Assembly: GCA_963816185.1 (NCBI GenBank)
Contig: CAWFJJ010000029.1
Location: 224,001 to 288,000, forward strand
Direction: 5' to 3'
Length of the DNA stretch: 64,000 nt
Source: Thermoanaerobaculia bacterium
GTDB taxonomy: Bacteria; Acidobacteriota; Thermoanaerobaculia; UBA5066
The position numbers and the translations under genes are program-made. Under the pieces are notes generated by a model. The model did no database searches. It worked only from the letters and a program-made list of their open reading frames with translations, and was not told where the DNA came from. Positions 55,879 through 64,000 of the stretch are shown here, piece by piece (position 1 is the first letter of the stretch; each line of letters opens with the position of its first letter).

Positions 55879-58771
55879 ATGAAGAACGTTCTCGCCAGCC
55901 TCGTCCTGATCGCGTCCGCGTCGCTCGCACCCGTCGCGTCCGCGGCGGACATGCTCGTGACGCCCGAATGGCTCGCCGATCACCGAGGCGAACAGAATCT
56001 CGTCCTCCTGCACGTCGGCCCGCCGGCCGACTTCGAGAAAGAGCACATCCCCGGCGCGATCCTCGTGAGTCCGCAGGACCTCTCCATCCCGCGGACCGAG
56101 AGCGCGCTCATCCTCCAGCTCCTCCCGCCCGCCCAGCTCCGCGCGAAGCTCGAGAGCCTCGGCATCGGCGACGACTCGCGCGTCGTCGTGTACTTCGGCA
56201 AGGACTGGGTCTCGCCCACGACGCGCGTCTACTTCAGCCTCGACGCCGCGGGCCTCGGCGACCACACGTCCATCCTCGACGGCGGCATGCCGGCGTGGAA
56301 GGACGCGGGCGGAACGGTCGTTTCGTCGGCGAACGATCCCGCGTCGGCCGTCCAGAGGAAGCCGGCAAAGATCACGGCCCGGGCGCACCCCGAGCTCGTG
56401 GCCGACCTCGACTTCGTCAAGGCCAACCTCGAGACGCCCGGGGTCGCGCTCGTCGACGCGCGCCACAAGAAGTATTTCGACGGCGCCGACGCGGGCGCGA
56501 TGCCCCGCGCCGGCCACATCCCCGGGGCGCACAACCTGCCGTTCGATACGCTCCTCGACGACGACGACACGATGAAGAGCCCCGCCGAGACGGCGAGGCT
56601 CCTCGAGGCAGCCGGCGTCAAGCCCGGCGACACCGTCGTGAGCTATTGCCACATCGGCCAGCAGGCCACCGTCGTGTACTTCGCGGCGAAGCGCCTCGGC
56701 TACAAGGCGCGCCTCTACGACGGCTCGTGGGACGAGTGGAGCCGCAGGAGCGACCTCCCGATCGAGAAGAACGGGGCGAAGGCAGCCGCGCCCGGGGCAC
56801 CGGCCGCGCCTGCCGTGCCGGCCGCCCCGCCGCCCCCTGCCGCTCCCGAGCTCGTCGCCGCCGACACGCCGAAGACGACGCCCGGCGGCACGAACTTCAA
56901 GGCGCCCGCCGGGTGGACGATTACGACGAAAGGCTCGATGGTCATCCTCGCGCCTCCGGAAACGGACGCGCGGCTCGCGATCGTGGACGTCGAGGCGAAG
57001 GACGCCGACGCCGCGGTCGCCGCGGGCTGGTCCGCCTTCGAACCGGGCTTCAAGCGGCCCCTGAAGATCGCGCAGCTCGGGACGGCGCGCGACGGCTGGG
57101 ACGAGCGGCACTCCTACGTCTACGAGACGTCGCCGAACGAGAAGCTGACGGTCTTCGCGCTGGCCTGGCGCGCCGGCAAGGTCTGGACCGTGACGCTCGT
57201 CGACGCCGCCGATGCGACGATGGAGAAGCGCGGCGGCCCGTTCTCACTCGTCATGAGCAGCCTGCGCCCGAAGGGCTATGCCCGCGAGACGTTCGCGGGA
57301 AAGAAGGCGCACCCGATCGACGCGAAGATGATCGCGACCCTGAAGGACTTCCTCGCCTCGGGGATGAAGCTGTTCGACGTCCCCGGCGTCGCCTTCAGCC
57401 TCCTCGACGGCGGGAAGGTCGTCTACGAAGGCGGGCTCGGCGTCAAGGAGCTGGGCAAGCCGGACCCGGTGGACGCGAACACGCTCTTCGCGATCGCATC
57501 GAACACGAAGGCCTTGACGACGCTCCTCCTCGCCGAGCTCGTGGACGAGAAGAAGCTGCGCTGGGACGAGCCCGTCACCGAAGCCTACCCGGCGTTCAGG
57601 CTCGGCGACGCCGCGACCACGAAGCAGGTCCTCGTCAAGCACCTCATCTGCGCCTGCACGGGCATGCCGCGGCAGGACTACGAATGGATCTTCGAGTACG
57701 CGAAGGCGACGCCGGCTTCGGCGCTCGGGATGCTCGGCACCATGCAGCCGACGAGCAAGTTCGGCGAGGTCTTCCAGTACAGCAACCTCATGGCCGCGGC
57801 GGCCGGGTTCATCGGCGGCTCGATCGCGTACCCCGGCAAGGAGCTCGGCGCCGCCTACGACAAGGCCATGCAGAAGAAGGTCTTCGGCCCGCTCGGGATG
57901 AAGCACACGACGTTCGACTTCGCCAAGGCGCTGAAGGGCGACGTCGCGCAGCCGCACGGCGACGACGTGGACGGCAGGCCGGCCCGCGCGCGCATGGACC
58001 CGAACAAGTCGCTCGTGCCGGTGCGCCCCGCGGGCGGCGCCTTCACGAGCGCGCACGACCTCTCGAAGTACGTGGCGATGGAGCTCGCGAAGGGCCTGCT
58101 CCCGAACGGCAAGCGGCTCGTCTCCGAGGAGAACCTCCTCGCGCGCCGCGCGCCGCAGGTCCTCGTCGCCGAGGACGTCACGTACGGCATGGGCCTCATC
58201 GTCGACCGCAAGTGGGGAATCCCGATCGTCCAGCACGGCGGCTCTCTCTTCGGCTACAAGAGCGACATGATGTGGCTCCCCGATTACGGAGTCGGAGCCG
58301 TCATCCTCACGAACTCGGATTCCGGTGCGGCCCTCGAGGGACCGTTCCAGCGCCGGCTCCTCGAGCTGCTCTTCGACGGCAAGCCCGAAGCCGAGGACCA
58401 GCTCCGCGTCGTCGCCGCGCAGAGAAAGGCCGCCATCGCGAAGGAGCGCGAGCGCCTCGTCGTCCCGGCCGACGCCGCCGAGGCCGCGAAGCTCGCGCCG
58501 CGCTACGTCAACGCGGCGCTCGGCGAGCTGACCGTGAAGAAGCAGCCCGGCGGCAGCGTCGTCTTCGACGTCGGGGAGTGGTACAGCAGCGTGGCCTCGC
58601 GCAAGAACGACGACGGGACGATCTCCTTCATCACGATCGACCCGGCGGTCGCCGGCTTCGAGTTCGTCGTCGCCGACGGGGACGGCAAACGCGCGCTTCG
58701 TAATCCGTGACGCACAGCACGAATATGTCTTTATGGAGGACACAGGTCCCAATTCGACGCCCGTGAGGTGA
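55879..58771 (+). CDS. Exported tandem-rhodanese + serine hydrolase (beta-lactamase-like) fusion (probable terminal frameshift near 58698; stop as sequenced 58710)
   Basis: HIPGA twice, SYCHIG, LYDGSWDEW; Pro/Ala linker; IASNTK, YSN, HGG. Confidence 0.85.
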
Positions 58772-58850
58772 CTTTCCCCATCCTCCGGGTTATAGGATCC
58801 GCCCCCTGGATCGCGGCTCGCTGAAGCTGCGTTCAAAGGAGGTCGAAGTC

Positions 58851-60779
58851 ATGCGTTTCCTTTCAAAATCAGTTGTTCTGAAGCTTGCGGCACCGGCTGC
58901 GCTTCTTCTCATCACGGCTCCTGCGTTAACGCAACCGGTTCGTCTTCAGGTCCACCGCACCGCGGGCGGCAGCCTGCAGGCCGCACCTCCGGGCGGGGAC
59001 GCCTTGACCGCCACGGAGATCGATCTCGGGCTCGTCGCCGGCTCCGACGAAAACGACGTCGATGCGATCGGCACCCAGCCCCGGGTCAACCGCACCATCG
59101 CCAAGGGAGCGGCGCAGGGGCCGACCGTTCGCGGGCGGGGGCGCGCGAAATCGAATCCCGAGCTGGTGACGACGCTGCCCGGCTTGAACTTTCACGACCA
59201 GCGCTTCGCCAACGGAGGGAACCAGTTCTCCGTCGAGCCGCCGGACCAGGGAGTCTGCGCCGGCAACGGCTTCGTCCTCGAATCGGTCAACGACGTCCTC
59301 CAGATCTTCGATTCGACCGGCCAAGCGGTCACGGGGGTCGTCGACCTGAACACGTTCTACGGCTACCCGCCGGCGATCAACCGCGCGGTCAGCCCGCTGC
59401 AGTTCGGACCCTCGATCACCGATCCGAGCTGCCACTTCGACCGCGACACGCAGCGCTGGTTCCACTCGGTGCTAACGCTCGATCGCGCGTCGCCGACGAC
59501 GACGGCGCTTTCGGGCGCGAACCATCTCGACATCGCCGTCAGCACCACAGCCGACCCGACGGGATCGTGGGTCGTCTACAAGATCCCCGTGCAGAACGAC
59601 GGCACGCAGGGAACGCCCGACCACCATTGCATCCTTCGCATCAACGGCGTCAACCACCACGGACCCTGCCTCGGCGACTATCCGCACATCGGCGCCGACG
59701 CGAACGGCTTCTACGTCACGACGAACGAGTTCAGTCTCTCCGGTCCCGGATTCTTCGGGGCACAGGTCTATGCGCTCTCCAAGCACCAGCTCGCGGCGAA
59801 CGCGCCGGCGGTGGACGCCTTCCTGTTCAACACGAGCGACCCGAGTCTTCTTCTCGACGGGACTCCCGGTTTCACGGTCTGGCCCGCGCTCTCGACCGGC
59901 GGCGTCTTCGACACGGACAACGGCGGGACCGAGTTCTTCCTGAGCTCGCAGGCGGTCTTCTCGGACATTGGCCTCGACAACCGCCTCCGGGTCTGGTCGC
60001 TCACGAACACGAGCTCGCTCGACAGCGCGTCCCCGGCGCCCGCGTTGAGCGCGCGCGTCGCGACGGTCATCCCGTATGCCGTCCCGGGCTCGTCGAAGCA
60101 GCCCGCTGGCGACCTCCCGCTCCTGAGCTGCGTCGCGGATCCGGCCTGCGCTCCGAAAGTGGGCGCCACGACGCACGCCAACGTCGAAGCGAGGCTCCCG
60201 AGCAACGACTCGCGCATGCAGCAGGTCTCCTACGCCAACGGCAAGCTCTGGGGCGCCCTCGACACGGGGATCGCCTTCAGCGGCTTGCCCGGGGTGTTCG
60301 CCGGAATCGCGTTCTTCTCCCTGAACCCGAACTCCCTGCACGTCGCGCAGCAGGGTTACGTGGCGCTCGAGAACAACAACCTCACGTACCCGGCGCTGGC
60401 CGTGACGGAGAGCGGGCGCGGCGCGCTCGCCTTCACCGTGGTCGGCAACGATCACTTCCCCAGCGCGGGCTATACGAGCCTCGACGCCAAGATCGGCGCC
60501 GGCGACATTCACGTCGTCTCGGAGGGCCTCGGCCCGCAGGACGGCTTCACCGGCTACCTCCCGCTCGTCAATCCCATTCGTCCGCGTTGGGGCGACTACG
60601 GGGCGGCCGCGACCGACGGCAACAACATCTGGATCGCCTCGGAATCGACCGAGCAGACCTGCACGTACGCGGACTATCTGGTCGACACCCCGGCCAGCCC
60701 GTTCGGCACCTGCAACGGCACGCGCGCCAGCCTCGGCAACTGGGGCACGCGGATGACCAAGCTGAGCGTCGGCCCGTAA
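58851..60779 (+). CDS. Secreted hypothetical protein (beta-rich)
   Basis: AGGAGG RBS, signal peptide, EPPDQGVCAGN, DPSCHFD, DYPHIG, RWGDYG. Confidence 0.8.
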   Translation: MRFLSKSVVLKLAAPAALLLITAPALTQPVRLQVHRTAGGSLQAAPPGGDALTATEIDLGLVAGSDENDVDAIGTQPRVNRTIAKGAAQGPTVRGRGRAKSNPELVTTLPGLNFHDQRFANGGNQFSVEPPDQGVCAGNGFVLESVNDVLQIFDSTGQAVTGVVDLNTFYGYPPAINRAVSPLQFGPSITDPSCHFDRDTQRWFHSVLTLDRASPTTTALSGANHLDIAVSTTADPTGSWVVYKIPVQNDGTQGTPDHHCILRINGVNHHGPCLGDYPHIGADANGFYVTTNEFSLSGPGFFGAQVYALSKHQLAANAPAVDAFLFNTSDPSLLLDGTPGFTVWPALSTGGVFDTDNGGTEFFLSSQAVFSDIGLDNRLRVWSLTNTSSLDSASPAPALSARVATVIPYAVPGSSKQPAGDLPLLSCVADPACAPKVGATTHANVEARLPSNDSRMQQVSYANGKLWGALDTGIAFSGLPGVFAGIAFFSLNPNSLHVAQQGYVALENNNLTYPALAVTESGRGALAFTVVGNDHFPSAGYTSLDAKIGAGDIHVVSEGLGPQDGFTGYLPLVNPIRPRWGDYGAAATDGNNIWIASESTEQTCTYADYLVDTPASPFGTCNGTRASLGNWGTRMTKLSVGP

Positions 60780-60789
60780 AGGAGCGGGC

Positions 60790-60823
60790 CGGGCAGGCTC
60801 CCGGTCTCACGGGGGCCTGCCCG
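60790..60823 (+). terminator. GC-rich hairpin after the CDS
   Basis: CGGGCAGGCTCCCG-GTCTCA-CGGGGGCCTGCCCG; no U-tract. Confidence 0.5.
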
Positions 60824-61113
60824 TCGCCTGCTTGCGCGGCCCGTTTCGCCTTTGGGGTGCGCGTCGCGGAAGCGCAGCTTGAGCCAGAGCCCAGCGAAAC
60901 CCAGACCGTGGTGGTCGTCCACGAACGTCCAAAGACGAGGCGGGTAGGGGCGACGAGCCGCTGCGGCAATGGAGTTTGGTCGAAAAGCCATGTTGGTGCA
61001 CGACGACGACGGAAGCGCGGCATCCGGGCTCGACCGCGCGTTGCGAGAAACAGAGACCTCGAAGAGGGTCCGGCGGAAGGGCAGGGAAAGGTAGGGAAGC
61101 CCGAGAGACGGCT

Positions 61114-61425
61114 TTATCTGGCCACGGCCCGGGCGATTTCCTTCGGTCTCTTTCCGGTGGCTAGCAGGGAACGAACGATGAGGTCGAGGCTGACCTGCGC
61201 GTCGGCGCTCTCCATCTTCGCGACTCGGGACTGGCTCGAGCCCAGCTTCGAAGCGAGCGCCGTCTGGGACAGCCCTTTCTTCAAACGAGCCTTCTTGAGC
61301 TCGCGTGCGAGGCTGAGCTTGATCTCGATGTAGGCCGATTCTTCAGGGGTCAAGCCGAGAAGGCTTTCGGCTGATCCGAATGTCCAGCCCTTCCTCATGA
61401 GTCGCGCCTTCTTCGTCTTGTGCAT
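61114..61425 (-). CDS. XRE-family HTH protein (HigA-like antitoxin)
   Basis: GW..GSAESLLGLTPEE, LSQTALASKLGSSQSRVAKME. Confidence 0.8.
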   Translation of the reverse strand: MHKTKKARLMRKGWTFGSAESLLGLTPEESAYIEIKLSLARELKKARLKKGLSQTALASKLGSSQSRVAKMESADAQVSLDLIVRSLLATGKRPKEIARAVAR

Positions 61426-61497
61426 TTGATTACTCCGAAAACGGCGGAAACGGATTCCGCCATATAGCCACGCGAGAGGCTCTTCGGGAACCTTCAT
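61426..61497 (-). pseudogene. Possible RelE/HigB-type toxin N-terminal remnant
   Basis: MKVPEEPLAWLYGGI followed by CCG CCG TTT TCG (PPFS) in a shifted frame, directly before the antitoxin ATG. Confidence 0.4.
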
Positions 61498-61713
61498 TCG
61501 TCCGGAAGGAAGATAAGGTCGTTTGAGTGGCTATGTCAAGTCTGACATGACGGTCAGGGACCTGCGAACGTGGCCCCAAAGGGTAACGCCTCTCATTTGC
61601 AGCCCGCCGCCGGACGACCTAGATTGCACGGCGTATACCGGTCCGGAAGCGTTGAGCCGCGACTGACCAGACCGAGGCGAGAGGCGGTCCTGACGCCTGT
61701 TTGGAGGCACCCG

Positions 61714-64000
61714 ATGAATCCGTGTGAACGTCATGGGACCCGGCACGCAGCCCCGGCACCGACTCCGCATCGCATTCGGACGGCATCACGCCTGCGCGTT
61801 CCGCTGAGCGCCGTCCTGCTCCTTCTCTTCCGTGGCGCCGGCATGGTCGACACCGCGCTCGCTCAACCGGTACCTCCTCAGCCAACACCGTTCTCCTACT
61901 ACAAGCTGAAGGAAGTAAACCTGCCTCCGGAAAAGCGTCCTCCGGTGAAGTACACGCGTGAGCAGCTCCAGCTCAAGAACGTGGGGGGCGATCTGCCGAC
62001 CTACGACGGCGAGCAGTTTCAGCTGAACCTGATGGGGACGACCGTCGAATCGGCCGAGAGCGCGAAGCGCTTCACTGCCCAGTTCCTGCAGTCCTTGAAG
62101 AGTCCGTTGAAACTGGACGACCAGATCCGGCTCAACATCACCAAGACGACCGGAAAGCCGGATCAGCAGTTCATCGACCAGCAGGCCCGGGCCGGTCACG
62201 ACGCCACGACGAAGAAGCTGACCGGCAAGTACAAGAGCGTCGGCAAAGGCTCGACCGGGATGCTCAACGAGCTGGACGCCGATTTGAAGAAGCAGGCACA
62301 AGGCACGATCACCGTCTATCGATTCGACGAGTACTTCAACGGCGTCCTGATCGACAACACGGCGATCACCGTCAGCAACCGGGACGGAGGGAACCTCGCC
62401 GCCGTCCGAGGCCGCTTCTTCGACGTCGTCAAGCCCACGAACAGCAAGAAACTTTCTCCCGGGGAGGCCGTGCGGCGCGCCGTCGCCGAGATCAAGGCGG
62501 CCAACAAATACGACAAGGTGACCGGCGACCCGGCGAAAGCGACCGTCGTGCTCGTTCCGTACGAGGACGGGTTCAAGTACGCCTGGAGGACGATGGTCAC
62601 GGCGGACGGTCCCTACGAGGTCTGGATCGACGCGGAAACCGGTTCGGTACTTCAGCTCCTGGCGCGCTTCTACTTCTCCGACAACGCGAAGGGGCTCGCG
62701 TTCTCGCCCGATCCGAATGCGGGCACCCAGGAAATGTCGTTCGAGGTCGATGCGGCGAGCGGCGGGAAGTACACGTTGCAGAAGACCGGAGTCGTCGTGA
62801 TGAGCAATGACGGCGGGGACGGAACGACCGGCATCGTCCAGATCAAAGACGACGGATCCGGCACGGCCAATTTCAACCAGGCGCCGATCAACGGAACCAC
62901 GGTCGAGCATACGAACCAGGCCGGGTACAACGGCCAGTTCCAGCAGGTGAACGTCTTCGCCCACCTCTTCAACGAGCGGCGGTACTACATGCTGCTCGGG
63001 AGCCAGGCCTTCGCCCAGATGAACGTCACGTTCAACACTCCCGGGGGCAATTCCTTCTGCTGCCCGCCCCACTACTTCACCGGCGACGCGACGACGGGCC
63101 CGGGGGCGACGACGTGCACCGGCGCCTGCAACTGGGACCTCAAGTTCTACAACGCGGGGATCGACGCGACCGTCATCGCCCACGAGTTCGGGCACCAGCT
63201 GAACGGCAACCAGTACGCGGTGGGCGGGGGGACGGATCCCTCGAACGTAAACGAGGGGATGGCGGACTTCTGGGCGTTGACGACGTTCAACACGGACACG
63301 TTCGCGAAATGGTGGGCGCACGACTGCGCGTCGCCCACGCAGTCCGGGATGGCGCCGCGGCAGGCGGAGGCGACGGACGTCTTCGGCCACAGGAATTCGC
63401 AGCCGTGCGCCTCGGACGAGGGTCATTCCGCGGGGCAGATCATCGCCTGGGCGAACTGGAGCGCGCGGAAGGGGATGAACGATCTGACCGGCTGGGGCAC
63501 GTTGAACATCAATATGGCGCTGATCAAGGCGATGACGACGGCGGGGGTCGGGCTCGCGAACATCGGGACCGACAAGGGGGTTCACGACTCGTACCTGGAC
63601 CTGCTGAAGCAGGCCGCGCCGCAGTTCAGCGGGTCCCGCCTGATCCACAAGCTGCTCGCGGGCTACGCGAGGGCGGGGATCTTCCTCGCTCCCAAGGACG
63701 CCGTCCTCGACATCTCGGACAACTATCTGGACCGGAACGCGGCGTCCGGGCCGACCTTCACGGTGTGGACCGGCCGGGACTACACGTTCAGCGGTACGAG
63801 CGTGGACACGACGTCCCCGCCGTTCAACACGCAGTTCATGATCGAAGTGGCGAACAACGAGGCCTTCACGACGAACCCCGTGAGCAGCGGGTGGCTCGGA
63901 GGCGTGACGGCCGGAGACGGCGGAACGGCGACGTGGGCGCTGCCGGCGGCCTCCTGGAACGCGCTGAAGGCGGGAAACGATCTGTACTATCGCCTGACGA
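61714..64000 (+). CDS. Secreted gluzincin metallopeptidase (M4/M36-like), truncated by the window edge
   Basis: GGAGG RBS, ATG 61714, signal-like region, PepSY-like WIDAETGSV, HEFGH at 63181, NEGMAD near 63250; not in the ORF track because no stop is reached. Confidence 0.8.
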   Translation, partial: MNPCERHGTRHAAPAPTPHRIRTASRLRVPLSAVLLLLFRGAGMVDTALAQPVPPQPTPFSYYKLKEVNLPPEKRPPVKYTREQLQLKNVGGDLPTYDGEQFQLNLMGTTVESAESAKRFTAQFLQSLKSPLKLDDQIRLNITKTTGKPDQQFIDQQARAGHDATTKKLTGKYKSVGKGSTGMLNELDADLKKQAQGTITVYRFDEYFNGVLIDNTAITVSNRDGGNLAAVRGRFFDVVKPTNSKKLSPGEAVRRAVAEIKAANKYDKVTGDPAKATVVLVPYEDGFKYAWRTMVTADGPYEVWIDAETGSVLQLLARFYFSDNAKGLAFSPDPNAGTQEMSFEVDAASGGKYTLQKTGVVVMSNDGGDGTTGIVQIKDDGSGTANFNQAPINGTTVEHTNQAGYNGQFQQVNVFAHLFNERRYYMLLGSQAFAQMNVTFNTPGGNSFCCPPHYFTGDATTGPGATTCTGACNWDLKFYNAGIDATVIAHEFGHQLNGNQYAVGGGTDPSNVNEGMADFWALTTFNTDTFAKWWAHDCASPTQSGMAPRQAEATDVFGHRNSQPCASDEGHSAGQIIAWANWSARKGMNDLTGWGTLNINMALIKAMTTAGVGLANIGTDKGVHDSYLDLLKQAAPQFSGSRLIHKLLAGYARAGIFLAPKDAVLDISDNYLDRNAASGPTFTVWTGRDYTFSGTSVDTTSPPFNTQFMIEVANNEAFTTNPVSSGWLGGVTAGDGGTATWALPAASWNALKAGNDLYYRLT

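Noticed and set aside
60789-60798. CCGGGCAGGC matching the tRNA-Arg 3' end
   Set aside because: No CCA and no upstream conserved motif; it is one arm of a terminator-like hairpin, and a short GC-rich match is expected by chance.

Overview
High-GC bacterial chromosomal window. The gene content (many membrane Ser/Thr kinases, MacB-type permeases, a BNR-repeat hydrolase) suggests Acidobacteriota, which is inference. Many single-base frameshifts, including one in essential serS, point to long-read assembly errors. Left to right: the end of a polysaccharide glycosyltransferase cluster; serS with two divergent tRNA-Ser genes; a MacA/MacB-like exporter; small hydrolases; tRNA-Arg(TCT); a 14-kb accessory array; sulfate/sulfatase-type transport genes; an acpS-acsA-ACP-kbl operon; a GGDEF-EAL sensor; tartrate dehydrogenase, tnaA and fhs; several exported enzymes, including a rhodanese-serine hydrolase fusion; an orphan HTH antitoxin with a toxin remnant; and a truncated secreted zinc metallopeptidase. 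Main observation: the region downstream of tRNA-Arg(TCT) (13839-28048) is divided into four tandem cassettes of 2973, 3049, 2889 and 5290 bp. Each ends in a conserved ~30-60 bp element terminating in GGCAGGCCA, the exact 3' end of the tRNA. On the minus strand the element encodes a conserved peptide tail (WPAFVDTYRTLL...). Three cassettes carry a single receptor-like Ser/Thr kinase each, and no integrase is present in the window. This looks like a tRNA-anchored, integron-like cassette array built by repeated site-specific integration.
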